64,000 nt of DNA from Daphnia carinata. Taxonomy: Eukaryota. A model generated the notes under the pieces. It searched no databases and was not told where the DNA came from. It was given only the letters and a program-made list of their open reading frames with translations. Below, in pieces: positions 37,480 to 52,120 of this stretch (the stretch's first letter is position 1; every line of letters begins with the position of its first letter). The position numbers were made by a program, and so were the translations under genes. The stretch is from positions 13,206,001-13,270,000 of the forward strand of contig NC_081333.1 of the NCBI RefSeq assembly GCF_022539665.2, written 5' to 3'.

Positions 37480-40400
37480 AGACTTGGGTCAGATTCACAG
37501 CCCCGTTTCGATCGGGTCGGGTTTTGAGCGGGTTGTTCATTTCCGTTTATGGGGCAGGTTGAACGGGTTATTACCCCATCATGTTTTTATCGGGTTGTCA
37601 ATCATTGTACACTAACCGATCACAAGCAATTAATTGTTTTCATATTCCTATTTTTCAAGTCACCATTCAATATTCAAAATACAGCAGTAATGTATTTTGT
37701 TCTACGATAGCAGTTAGTGTTTTGCAAACCTGCAGAAAACAAATACGCGTGTAACCTATGTAGGTAGGGCTACATTACCTAAACCACTAATCCCAACCCG
37801 GTGCATTAAGTCGAATACAAGCCGTGAACGATCCGTGGGGTGCAGGTGTAGTGAAATTGCGTGCTCAGTGAAAGGTAAAATCATAAGCAATAATGCTTGA
37901 GGGAAAATAATGGGAGGGAAAAAGGAACGAAGCAAACATCTATCAATCACACAAATCACAATACGAAATAAAGTGAAAGCCAATTTGGCAATACTCAACC
38001 GTGCCATCTTCATTTCCATCTTCCTAATGGGCGTGAATCTCGGGGCTGGGCGACGACCCTCATTCCTCGAACGGCGATCCACGGCGATCCACGGCGTCCA
38101 GCGGTCCTCTTAGGTACGTACCCCTCTGGCGAGGCCCTCCTAGGTACGTAAAAAAAAAATATGGTTAAACACTAAATCAAAAAAAATTTATACCTGAATA
38201 TCCGTGGCGACGATCTCGGTCCTCTTCGGCCTCCAGCGTCTTCTTCGGCGGTGGTGGGACCCTCCTAAATACATAAAAACAACAGGATCATAGCGTAAAA
38301 CTTTAAACTTTCAATTCAATACTTGACAAATTTTGGCATCAATTACCGTAGCTCCGACGGCGAACCTCATTGCCCTGTGGCCCTCTTCAGTGGTGATGTA
38401 GGCCATTCTAAATACATTTAAAAGAATGATTAGACAATTTAACGTGTAAACATATACCTGCTACATCCATGGCGAAGATTTCGTTGCTCCAGCGGCGATC
38501 CTCGATGTCACGCATCCTCTTCGATGGTGGTAGGGCCCTCCTAAATAAATAAAAACAAAGTTAGATCATAGTGTAACGCTTAAAATTTACAAAAAAATAC
38601 TTGACAATTTTGGGCGACGATCATGGTGACTCCGACAGCGTCCTACATCCTTTTCAATGGTGGCGGAGCCCTCCTAAAAACATAAAAACAAAATAAAATC
38701 ATAGTTCAAAACTTAAAACTTTCAATTAAATATTTGATAATTTTGGGCGACAATTATGATGCCTCCGCCGACGAACCTCGTTGTCCAGTGGTTCTCCTTA
38801 GCGATGATGCAACCCTCTAAAATACCAAAAAAAACATGGTTAGACAATTTAACGTGTAAAACATATACCTGTAACATCTATGACGACGATGTCGGTGCTC
38901 CAGCATCCTCTTCGGCGGTGGTGCAGCCCTCTTACATACATAAAAAATAAACACGATTAAGCACTTGAACGATTTTTAAACAATACCTCAATACCCGTGC
39001 CTCTCGTTGCTCCAGCGGCGCTCCTCGATGTCACGCATCCTCTTCGATGGTGATGTAGCCCTCCTAAATGTATAAAAACAAAATACAACCATAATTCAAA
39101 ACTTAAAACTTTTAATGAAATACTTGACAATTTTGGGCGACGATCGAGGTGGCTCCGACGGCGAACCGCGTTGTCCAGTGGCTTTCTTCGATTATGTGGA
39201 CCACTCTAAATACATAAAAAAAACGATTAGACATCTAAAATTGTTAAAGCAATACCTGGTAACCCTTGGCGACTTCGGCGGCGATTCCCGGTGTCCAGTA
39301 ATCCTCCTCAGTAGTGTTACCAGCCCTCCTAGACACAGATAAATACATAGAACATGATAAAACACTTAGAATTGTTAAATACCTTGCAATTTTGGGCTAG
39401 GATTCTGGCGGTGACCTTCGTTGCCCAACGGTCCCCCTTCGGTGGTGATGTGGCCCTCCTAGATATATAAGATTTAAAACAAATACATAGATACAAAATT
39501 TTTTATTGTATACCTCGGAATCCTGGGCGATATTCCAGTGGCTGCGGGGCTATCCTCGTTGCCCAATGTCCTCTTCGGCCCCAGAGATTGCACTCCTGTA
39601 TGTATGCAAGGGGCAAAAATAAAAAAAAATAAAAATTTTTCGATATTGGAACAGCACCATGTTTCATCTTAATTCTAACAGGCATCAAGTACACAAATTA
39701 CAGTTACATTGGATAAAAAGTTCCTGAAAAAAGAAATTTTTTATTAATAGTTAAAGAGTCAGGAGGTTGTTTGGATTGGGTTTGGCTTGTTCAAGTGTAA
39801 ACTGTGTGAATTAGAAACGTGCAAATGTTCGTAGTAAAATTATTTTCGAACGACTACGGTAAATAATTACATAAAACAGTGCAAGAAAATAGCTGAGATA
39901 GTGTTGCGCATAAATAACGAAGTGAGGTGGACTACGCTTTACGCCTTACTTAAAGTAGCATTAATTTTAACTTTAGATTTACTTATCCTTAACATAACTG
40001 TAGATTTACTTATCCTAAACTTAATCTACGTTTATCTATTTCATCTAGAATTATCGTACTCCCCAACTAAATAAAACCAGTGCAGAGGCTAAACCAGGTG
40101 CCGATTCAGTGCGTTATTAGAGCGTAATAGATGAATCTACGATTTACGAGAGCTGAGAACACGTGCTAAAGTGCTAAGAATAATTAGACGTGGATTGTAA
40201 GCAACAAATCTACACCAGTGCACCGCGTGCAGGTGAAAGAGCTACTGAGCTGCTAGATTCTTTTTTTTTCTTCGTCTCCCCCCTCCTTTTTTTGTGAATG
40301 CCCGAGGTTCTGTTTCTAGGCACTTGGAAACAAAAAAAAAAATTAAAGTAACGTAAGGTCTATTGATAAGGAATGGCTATAACCTTGGGCTCACCTGGAA

Positions 40401-42500
40401 ATAAAAATTTGCCCTTCAACCTATCGACCTTCAGAATTAGGTCCCTCTACCCTACACTATACTTCCGGGAACGCAATAATGTGACACGTGTCTGCGAGTA
40501 TTTAAGGCGTCGTCTAGACGCTAGATATTCACATTCGTACGGAGTCTTGCCTATACAAGTGTACCACAACTACAACACCATCGTCGATCGATTCGCCTGT
40601 CAGGTAAGTTGAATTTATGTTAACTGTCTTTAATTGTAGAAAGTATGAGGATTTTAATTATGATTAAATTAGTTCTAAATCTATGTTAGTCACCAATTAG
40701 TATACCATTATGTTAAGTGTAGTATATCATTATGTTACAATTATGTTAACTGTCTTTAATTGTAGAAAGTATGAGGATTTTAATTATGATTAAATTAGTT
40801 CTAAATCTATGTTAGACACCAATTAGTATACAAATGTACCACAACTATAATACCATCATCGATCGATTCGCTTGTAAGAAAAGTTGAATTTATGCTAACA
40901 TGCTTCATTGTCTTCTTCAGTTGTAGAAAGTAAGAAGAAATCAACTTTGTTTAGGTTAGCTCTAAATCTATGTTAGTAAACTATTTTTGAATTAATTCAA
41001 ACTGTTACCAATAATACTACTTTTCTTTAGGAAATGACGTTTGTTCAGTCGTTTGGCGATTAGGTGCTGAAGAGTTTACTCTGATTCGCTGTCAAACTGC
41101 ATTAAGTGAATAATTGAAAATTAAGTTTCAATAATTATTTTAAAAATTTATAGTACCATCTTGTATTCATTGTATCTGCTAGATTCATCATTGCTGTTAT
41201 TCATCCTGAAATCATGTTCGTTAATTCACATCACTGAAATGCTACTCCTGAATGTAAATAAAAATTATTAAGCATTGACAATCTTGACAATCTTATTTTA
41301 ATCACCTGCAAATCACTATTAAAATGTATCCTCTGCACATGTGAATCTACCTGATAATTTAAATGTTCTGACTTTGATCAAATATTATGCTAAGCAGAAT
41401 TAATTTGATCATTGTTAAACACCGAGCATTCAAATGTGTTTGTACATCTTGTCGATAACAACACGATTGATAGGCTTAGAAAAATCCAATATAAATATAA
41501 TAATAAATTTTACAGAATAGAAAATAAAACATAATTAATCAGAAATAAAATAACAGATAAAATAAGACAATGTATGTTCACAAACTAGTTAATTGTCCAA
41601 CCAATTACCAACATTGCAATATTTCCTATTAAATATTTATGAAAAGTGCAATAATTCCTGTCGAAGACTTTAATAATAAAAATGGGGAAAGGCCCCACCT
41701 ACATTACAATCAAATTCAGTAGGAAAACTACTAAACATTCATAATGACATGTAGAAAAATATAAATTTACTAACCTTTAATATTCATTGTTGCTTGTTAC
41801 AAATTTATAACACATCTATCCTTCCGAAGTAATGTTATGCAAAGCCAAATTATTCTGAGCACTGCGACAATGTGTTTGTAATTCTGGTCAGCCTGTAATA
41901 AAATATAACAATTTACTTATAATATTACAACTATATTTAGAAATGAATATATAAAATATAAATAAAACTAGATATAGCAAGCCAAATGTCCTAACATTAA
42001 AATTCCAATATTTCATGTTCCAGCTACATTCAGCGGATAAAAAGACAATTTATAATAAAAGTGGAAAGGTATTGTATAAAAGAATGACTCTCCTGCCCTG
42101 CAACCATAATCTTTACACACCCCTACAACTATCTAAAAGCAAAACAAAGATCTCACTTGAAAATGACATGGGGAAGTTTTAACAAAAAAAATCAATATGG
42201 TTACCTGTATAGTTTTGTCATCGCTTGCTCCTAAGATTGTCTCCACTTCTACATTTCGATCAAATCCTGTTGGAAGACTGGGCATCCATAATGACAAGGA
42301 GAAAACTATAGATTTACTGACCACATCTTGATGTTCATTGATTCTAGTTAAGAATTTGAAACAAACCTGGGCTTTAGTTCTTCTTTCTCCACAATTGCTT
42401 TTGAATGGCAATCAAATTATTAGAATAAAGATTTTCTTGGGCTCCCAAGTATTTCTGTTGTTTGAAACACCAATCCCTATCAGCAAATACCCATCCTTCT
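37480..42500 (-). repeat. Composite module, copy C (inverted), including the exon-intron array at ~38015-39600
   Basis: Reverse complement of most of copy B (ORF 37756- mirrors 29879+; ORF 40373+ mirrors 27352-). Confidence 0.9.
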
Positions 42501-42640
42501 CCTAATATGATATTTCAGATTCAGTTATAATAACAAGACGGTCAATTTATATTAACACATTAAAGTTAGATAAATTTCCAAACTAACCTCAGACTGAGAA
42601 TTTTCCCAACAATGTATTCTTCATCGTCCATGTCACTGAG
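42205..42640 (-). pseudogene. Decayed HP1/CBX-like gene, copy C, including chromodomain start
   Basis: DMDDEEYIVGKIL | EKDGYLLIGIGVSNNRNTWEP ... PTGFDRNVEVETILGASD (compare HP1 EEEYVVEKI, TGFDRGLEAEKILGASD). Confidence 0.82.
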
Positions 42641-44679
42641 CGGAGATGAAGCCTGATTTGGCACCTTTTTTCCTTCATCATGTCAGGCGTGACAAAAATC
42701 ACAACACGAAAGTTAACTCTTTTTCGTAATATCCTTCCACGCAACCTGAAAGGTTTAAGTCAGATTAGATGTGCGTTACTAATTCCCTGATTCTAGGCGT
42801 CACCTGAAGACCCTGGAACAAGCATGGGAAACACAGTAGAAAATGTTTTCAATTAAGTTTCATCTTGCATAACAACAGTTCAAAAACGTGGTAAAAGATA
42901 AAAATCTATGCTCACCTGCATAACGAAAAATAAAGAAAGTGAGAAATTATTGTTACGGCTTTTTACAGCTCCAACACGAGCACTTTCTTCGTTCCACACC
43001 AGATGGAATTTTGCAGACGCCTGTAGTTCAGTACACAAAAGGTCGTTGGTGATTGGTCGTTCACTGGCAATGAGAAGAGAGGAAGCCCAATAGGCGGATT
43101 GTTATTAACATCGCCCTGTTGTAAAATTTTGACATGTAAGCCCCAAATCAACGTTTAGTGAATTGAATTTAAGGCAATAAATTTAGTTCTGATTGGAAAT
43201 AAATAGACAAAGAATAAGATGACCATATGCAATATGATGGACTGTAAGTTCTCTAAATTTAAGCAAAAAGTATACCAGCACAGGCAGTTCAGTACTAAAC
43301 CGCCATTACGCTTCAGTTATGAAGTATACCTGTAGTAACGCCTGCAAATGCTACTAATGTTACTCCAGAGATGGCGTTGGCAAATCAATGTTATCTGTAT
43401 GAAGAACAATTGTCAATATTTGTCGTATTATTCTGGTACTTTAGCATGTAAATACAATTTTTTCTTGGAAATGGCGTTGATTTGGTACAAAGCAAAATAA
43501 CTTATTAATTTAATGAAATAAATTAACTTACTATTATTACTAGGTAATAATAATATTACTAAACAATTTCGTAACTTAAATGTCCATATCACACAATTAC
43601 CTATAACGTAACGATTTTATCGAACTTTGTATTATTTAAAAAAAAGAATAATTTTTTATTTACAATATTATACAAGAAGATAATATGTTCCGTCATCATT
43701 ACTTATATACCATTTGATCAAAATTATGTTCAACATTATCAGCAAAGTAGAGATCAATATAATATAAATGTTTTAAGAACTGAAGGTTTACATATTACAG
43801 ATACATCAGCAGGTGACTTGCTATATCCCCTCAACTCCTGCGCAACAGAAAGAGAAAAATGTATCTATCGATCATCAGGTAACAAGCCAAGTGTTCGAGC
43901 TAGAAAATTATAAAGAAATTCCATTTTAAAGCTGTTAAAATTACCAGAGTGCAAGTGCAGGACAGGCGATTCTAAAGTAAATTAAGTAGTATATATTTAA
44001 TTTTACATATATTAACTCCTGCCTTTTACCTGATATGTTTTTATACATATTGATGAACTGCATTAACACCAAAGAACTACCAACTTTTGTTAGTTTCCAA
44101 CATAACCTGCATATACATTTACGTTCCTATCATTATAATTTAGATACTTACCTGCACATTATGTATGGTAGAATAGATTTCGCAATACTTACACACTTAC
44201 CTATTGCATGGAAGAAACATGTGGTAGAAGCGTCAGGGTAGATGTTAACGTTCACTATCCTTAAATCTACCCCACCTCACCTTCAGCCTACAAAAGTTGG
44301 AAACTTTACTAAATTAACCAACTCCTTAATCCAACATTGCCACCATGCAAGTTACGATTTGATTAGCACCACTTACCCCAATCTACCGAACAAATTATTT
44401 TCAAGTGTACATCATACTACCCTCCCCCACCCCCTCAACACTCATATCTGTGTAATTTTTTCTAGTACTTAAAAGCTAATAACTTCACACATTTACGAAG
44501 AAAAGCAAATATTAAAACAGATAAGTAACACAAAGCAAAATCGCTAAGAAACGTGCTCAACCATCCTGTTGCGACAACACAATCCGGAATTGGAAGCGTA
44601 AGATGCATATTGCACCATTCGGAAGTTGGGCAGCTGTACTATTCCGTCGTCCACTCTTTCCCATCCATTTCGCAAATTC

Positions 44680-45230
44680 GGTGACTTAGAATGGCCAATT
44701 CACGAGTGGGTAGCTTCTGGCTTTTGATCCATGGCATGAGACGCAGCATCAACACCTTGTTCTAACAATGTTCAAAACCGTTCCAAGTACGCCACCTGCA
44801 TGCAAAAAAATTTTAAATTTTAGATGACTTGAGCAACGAATAGCACAAAGTGTTTGTGGAATACCTTGGCTGCAAGTGGACCTTGCATTGGTTTCAAAAT
44901 TACTGAGCGTTAATTAATTGGGATTACTGTTTTGCCAGAGCCCGTGACAGCACAACCAATTAAATCTCTTTTGGCAAGAATACCTGCAACTGAAGCTTTC
45001 TTAACAGGTGTTGGTTTTACGTAGCCAGAATTTTTAATGCTTTGAAGTAGTAGATGGCGCAGGCAGGTTTCTCCGAATGGTGTTACGTATTGAGGTTCAT
45101 CTTTTCCTGTAACCTAAAGATGACACAATAGAAATGTTAAAATCACGACATGCAGTTTCGAGAAATGGCTTACCTGAAGGACGAATTTATCAAAATTGTT
45201 AAAGCGTTCCCCACAGACGATGCCCCTTAA
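44680..45230 (-). pseudogene. vasa/DDX4-like DEAD-box helicase fragment (Q motif, motifs I and Ia), unit 1
   Basis: GERFNNFDKFVLQ|VTGKDEPQYVTPFGETCLRHLLLQSIKNSGYVKPTPVKKASVAGILAKRDLIGCAVTGSGKT|..LEQGV..QKPE..PTRELAI; introns retained; frameshifts. Confidence 0.85.
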
Positions 45231-45589
45231 ATTTTGTTTTTTTTTTTCTCAAAAGTGGGATAACCAAATCTGCCAAAAAGAATTCTGAAAAAAGACAATT
45301 AGCCAAGCAAGTAGAAGTAGGATAATGAAGAATTGTCGCATACATATTACCAGAATGTTTTAAGGTGCGACGCAACATCTGCACAACAGTCTCTTACAGT
45401 GACGATTTTCAGAATGGCGGCAAACAATATCTAGCAAATGCATCGACCACAATGACGGCGAAAAACGCGGGAATAAGTCCGGTACTTCAGAAGCAAGAGA
45501 CCCCTTCCCCCCTACTGCAACGTTGCCTATTGGAAAACGGAAAACATTTTTTTAAATATAATTAAACGTTGTATTATTCAAAATTTTTA

Positions 45590-46310
45590 TTTTTATTTTC
45601 AAGAATCATGAATATGAATTTTTTTTGTAGACTTCATGGTTTTTGAGTTATTTCAAATATAAAAGTAGGTACAATAGACATTTTCGGCCCGGTCCACAAC
45701 TTTTACTTCAAAATAATAATGTCAATAAAACAAGATAACTATATATGATTTAGATTGGAAATTTAATAAGAATCACGAATATGAAATTTGTTTTTATGTA
45801 GACTTCATGGTTTTTGAGTTATTTCAAATATAAAAGTAGGTACGCTAGAAATTTAAGGCCCGACAAAACACCAAGGCCGACTTTTACCTAAAAAGTTAAT
45901 ATCAATAAAACTAGATAACTATATATGATTTCGGTGCTAAATTTAACAAGAATCACGAATGTGCAATTTGTTTTTATGTAGACATCATAGTTTTTGAGTT
46001 ATTCCAAATATAAAAGTAGGTACGCTAGAAATATAAGGCCCGACAAAACACCAAGCCCGACTTTTACTTAAAAAATTAATATAAATAAAACTAGATAACT
46101 ATATACGATTTAGATGCTAAATTTAATAAGAATCATGAATATGAAATTTGTTTTTATGTAGACTTGATGGTTTTTGAGTTATTTAAAATATAAAAGTTGG
46201 TGCAGTGGCCCGTTCCAGAACTTTTACTTAAAATCATAATATCAATAAAACTAGATAACTATATGTCATTTAGATTGTAAATTTAATAAGAATCATGAAT
46301 ATGAAATTTT
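45590..46310 (+). repeat. 180-bp repeat array (~4 units)
   Basis: aatataaaagt(a/t)ggt recurring at 180-bp spacing (~45828, 46008, 46188). Confidence 0.9.
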
Positions 46311-47556
46311 TGGTTAGTAAACAGTAACGAAACCTTACTTTAAACATGCTTCGTCCTTAGCCGAGTCTAAAATGGTTCAACTGAATGTCATACCAATAGA
46401 TGGCTATACTGTTTGTGGGACGCTTTCTGATAAAAATCCTTTAAGTTTAATTGTTAATCTCTCGCGAGATCAAAAAATGCCCATATAATTTCGCTGATTA
46501 AAAAATAAAAACATGAATCATTCCGATAGTTTATTTATCTTTTGGCTATAAATTGTCCATTTAAACATAATTCAATTTCAATGCTAAGTAAAATGGTAGT
46601 CAGTTTATTGTCATGCATGGTTCTAGGGTTAAATACTTAACGAAAGTTTGAAGGGCTGCTCGGAATTATAGCACTTATATTATGCTTGGATTTAACCTGG
46701 AAAAGATAAGGTAATAAGTAAAAATGGCTATACACATTTAAGTGTTACATAAATTAACTATGCGTTTTTATACAAATGAATGAAAAACTACCAACGTCAG
46801 TGTGCTTAACTTACCAACTTTTGGTTTGTTTTCAACATAACCTGCATATACGCTGCTTTTATTATAATTTAATTATACTTTTACCTGCACTGTTGTATGG
46901 TTTATTTTTTCGTTTAAATTTCGCAATACTTACACACATTTACCTATTGCATGAAAGAAACATGTGGTAGATGCGTCGGGGTAAATGATGTTAACGTTCG
47001 TTATCCTTGAATCTACCCTACCTCACCTTCAGCCTACAAAAGTTGGAAACTTTACTAAATTAACCAACTCCCTAATCCAACATTGCCACCACGCAAGTTA
47101 CGGTTTGATTAGCACCACCTACCTCAATCTACCGAACAAATTATTTTCATATTTACATCACACTACCCTCCCCCACCCCCTCAACACTTATCTGTGTAAT
47201 TTTTTCGAGAACTTAAAAGCTAATAACTTCACATATTTACAAAGAAAAGCAAATATTAAAACAGATAAGTAACACAAAGCAAAATAGCCGAGAAACGTGC
47301 TCAACCATCCTGTTGCGACAACACAATCCGGAATTGGAAGCGTAAGACGCATATTGCACCATTCGGAAGTTGGGCAGCTGTGCTATTCCGTCGTCCACTC
47401 TCTCCCATCCATTTCGCAAAGATTAATGAAATAAAACATCGCTTGCATGAATAGCGGTGCACCCGGCGTTGGACTAAAAAGAATAAGGAGGATTAATAAG
47501 TACGAAAACAAGTGCAGAGAAATATAATTAGATGCCAAACTGGAGTAGGTTCTTAC

Positions 47557-48385
<829 letters not shown>

Positions 48386-48754
48386 TTTTATTGTTTTTTT
48401 TTCTCAAAAGTGGGATAACCAAATCTGCCAAAAAGAATTCTGAAAAAAGACAATTAGCCAAGCAAGTAGAAGTAGGATAATGAAGAATTATCGCATACAT
48501 ATTACCAGAATGTTTTAAGGTGCGACGCAACATCTGCACAACAGTCTCTTACAGTGACGATTTTCAGAATGGCGGCAAACAATATCTAGCAAATGCATCG
48601 ACCACAATGACGGCGAAAAACGCGGGAATAAGTCCGGTACTTCAGAAGCAAGAGACCCCTTCCCCCCTACTGCAACGTTGCCTATTGGAAAACGGAAAAC
48701 ATTTAAAAAAAAAGTAATGTAATTAAACGTTGTATTATTCAAAATTTGTATTTT

Positions 48755-49475
48755 CATTTTCAAGAATCATGAATGTGAAATTTGTTTTTTTGTAGACTTC
48801 ATGGTTTTTGAGTTATTTCAAATATAAAAGTAGGTACAATAGACATTTTCGGCCCGGTCCACAACTTTTACTTCAAAATAATAATGTCAATAAAACAAGA
48901 TAACTATATATGATTTAGATTGGAAATTTAATAAGAATCACGAATATGAAATTTGTTTTTATGTAGACTTCATGGTTTTTGAGTTATTTCAAATATAAAA
49001 GTAGGTACGCTAGAAATTTAAGGCCCGACAAAACACCAAGGCCGACTTTTACCTAAAAAGTTAATATCAATAAAACTAGATAACTATATATGATTTCGGT
49101 GCTAAATTTAACAAGAATCACGAATGTGCAATTTGTTTTTATGTAGACATCATAGTTTTTGAGTTATTCCAAATATTAAAGTAGGTACGCTAGAAATATA
49201 AGGCCCGACAAAACACCAAGCCCGACTTTTATTTTAAAAATTAATATAAATAAAACTAGATAACTATATACGATTTAGATGCTAAATTTAATAAGAATCA
49301 TGAATATGAAATTTGTTTTTATGTAGACTTGATGGTTTTTGAGTTATTTAAAATATAAAAGTTGGTGCAGTGGCCCGTTCCAGAACTTTTACTTAAAATC
49401 ATAATATCAATAAAACTAGATAACTATATATCATTTAGATTGTAAATTTAATAAGAATCATGAATATGAAATTTT
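48755..49475 (+). repeat. 180-bp repeat array (~4 units)
   Basis: Near-identical to 45590-46310. Confidence 0.9.
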
Positions 49476-51625
49476 TTGTTAGTAAACAGTAACGAAACCT
49501 TACTTTAAAGATGCTTCGTCCTTAGCCGAGTCTAAAATGGTTCAACTGAATGTCATACCAATAGATGGCGATACTGTTTGTGGGACGCTTTCTGATAAAA
49601 ATTCTTTAAGTTTAATTGATAATCTCTCGCGAGATCAAAAAATGCCCATATAACCTCACTGATTAAAAAATAAAAACATGAATCATTCCGATAGTTTATT
49701 TATCTTTTGCCTATAAATTGTCCATTTAAAGATAATTCAATTTCAATACTAAGTAAAATGGTAGTCAGTTTATTGGCATGCATGCTATAAGGTGTTAATA
49801 CTTAACGAAAATCTGCTGGATTGCTTGTGCAATAATAGCAAATGCTACGTGGATTGAACCTGGAAAACACAGCGTAATTAATAAATTTAGGTATATATAT
49901 CTAGGTGTTAAATAAATTAACTACTGCCTTTTCATTTGAATTAATGATAGACATTCAACCTCAATGTTTAACTTACCAACATTTGTTAATTTTAAACATA
50001 ACATGCATGTACGCTGCTATTAATATAATTTAATTACACTTTTACCTGCCCATATTGTATGTTTTCTTTCGATTAATTTCGCGATACTTACACACATCTA
50101 CCTAATGCATAAAACAAACATGTGGTAAATGGGCCAGGATACATGATGTTAACGTTCATTATCTTTAAATCATCCCCAACTCACCTTTAGCCTACAAAAG
50201 TCAGGAACTTTACTAAGTTGACCCAACTTCCTATTCAAACCTAAGCCCCATGCAAGTTAGGATTGATTAGCACAACCTACCCCAATCTACCTTACAAATT
50301 AATTTCATATTTACATCATACTACCCTCCACCATACCCCCCCCTCATTTCTGTGTAATTTTTTTTTTTAGAACTTAAAAGCTAATTTCACTTTTTTACAC
50401 TTTTACAAACAAAAGCAAATATTAAAACAGATAAGAAGTAATATAAAGCAAAATCACTGAGAAACGTGCTCAACCATCTTGTTCCGGGAACACAATCCGG
50501 AATTGGAAGCGTAAGATGCATATTGCAACATTAGGAAGTTGGGCAGCTGTACTATTCCCCTTTTTTTCTTGATCGACGAACTGCGAATAGATTAAATACA
50601 TTGACCTGCAAATGTATTATCCCACGTCACTGTTTCAGGAATCAGCTCCTAGAAATGATGCTTAATTCAACTTATTTGATCATCATTGACATTTATCGAA
50701 GTGTTTACCTGTTAAGTCTTCCATACTTTTTAAAAACCCATGTCGACTTTTATTGCCAATTTAGAACAAGTCAAGAAGAACATTATTGAAATTTTTGTTT
50801 CAATGAATTTCAAATTGTTACCCTTTGGTTAAGTGGTTCAAATCATCTATGCAAACTAGTTGTTGGAGATTTCATGGGATACAGGTTAGGTGACCTGGAC
50901 TTGCTACACTGTTCATCTCCGTACTGAGGAAACTGTAGCATTCTGCATTTCTTTTCCTACGATAATTTCGTAAAGTTAGTAAAAATTTTCTGAACAATTG
51001 AAAGATTTCTGAAGCTAACAAAATGAAGTTTTTATACAATCTGACAGTTGTATGAGATCAAATACTCAAGATGAGTATTTGCAGCCAGTCGCACAGCTCA
51101 CCAGTTTCTTTAGATTTGCAGTAACAATCATCACACTTTCCTTACAAAAAAAAATATATTAATCATCAACCAAGTAATTTAAATTAAATCATTTTACCTG
51201 TTGACATGAGATCACTTCTCATGTTTCCAACAGAAAGATAATAGCATAAAAACTTGGGGGAAAAAATTTTTCAACAATGATTGTTGAAAGACTGCTGTGA
51301 CAATGTGTTTGTAATTCTGGTCAGCCTGTAATAAAACACCATACTATTATAATATTACCACTAAATATAGAAATGAATATAGAGAATATCAATAAAACTA
51401 GGCATAGCATGCCAAATGTCGACACTACAATTCCAATATTTCATGTCCCAGCAACATTCAGCGGCTAAAAAGACTATTTATAATAAAAATGGAAATGGTT
51501 TGTATAAAAGAATGACTCTCCTGCTCTACAACCACCATTCCTTACACATCCCTACAACTACCTAAAAACAAAAAAAATCTCACTTGAAAATGATACAGTA
51601 AAGTTTTAACAAAACAAAATGGTTA

Positions 51626-52120
51626 CCTATATAGTTTCTTCACCATCATCACTCACTCCAAAAATTGTCTCCACCTCTACATTTCTATCAAATCCTGTTG
51701 TAAGACTGGGCATCCATAATGACACGTAGAAAACTATAGATTTAATGACCATACTGATGTTCATTGCATCTAGTTAAGAATTTGAAAAAAACCTGTGCTT
51801 TAGTTCTTCTTTCTTCACAATTTTCTTCTCATGGCTTAGCTTGTTTTCAGGATTCTCATTCAACGATAGAAATTTGATTTTGAATGCTGCAATGAAATTA
51901 TGACAATAAAGATTTTCTTGGGCTCCCAAGTATTTCTGTTGTTTGAAACACCAATCCCTATCAGCAAATACCCATCCTTCTCCTAATATGATATTTCAGA
52001 TTCAGTTATAATAACAAGACGGTCAATTTATATTAACACATTAAATTTAGATAAGTTTCCAAACTAACCTCAGACGAGAATTTTCCCAACAATGAATTCT
52101 TCATCGTCCATGTCACTGAG
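51626..52120 (-). pseudogene. Decayed HP1/CBX-like gene, copy D (within a duplicate of ~41860-42690)
   Basis: DMDDEEFIVGKIL | EKDGYLLIGIGVSNNRNTWEP / ENLYCHNFIAAFK ... TGFDRNVEVETIFG. Confidence 0.8.
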
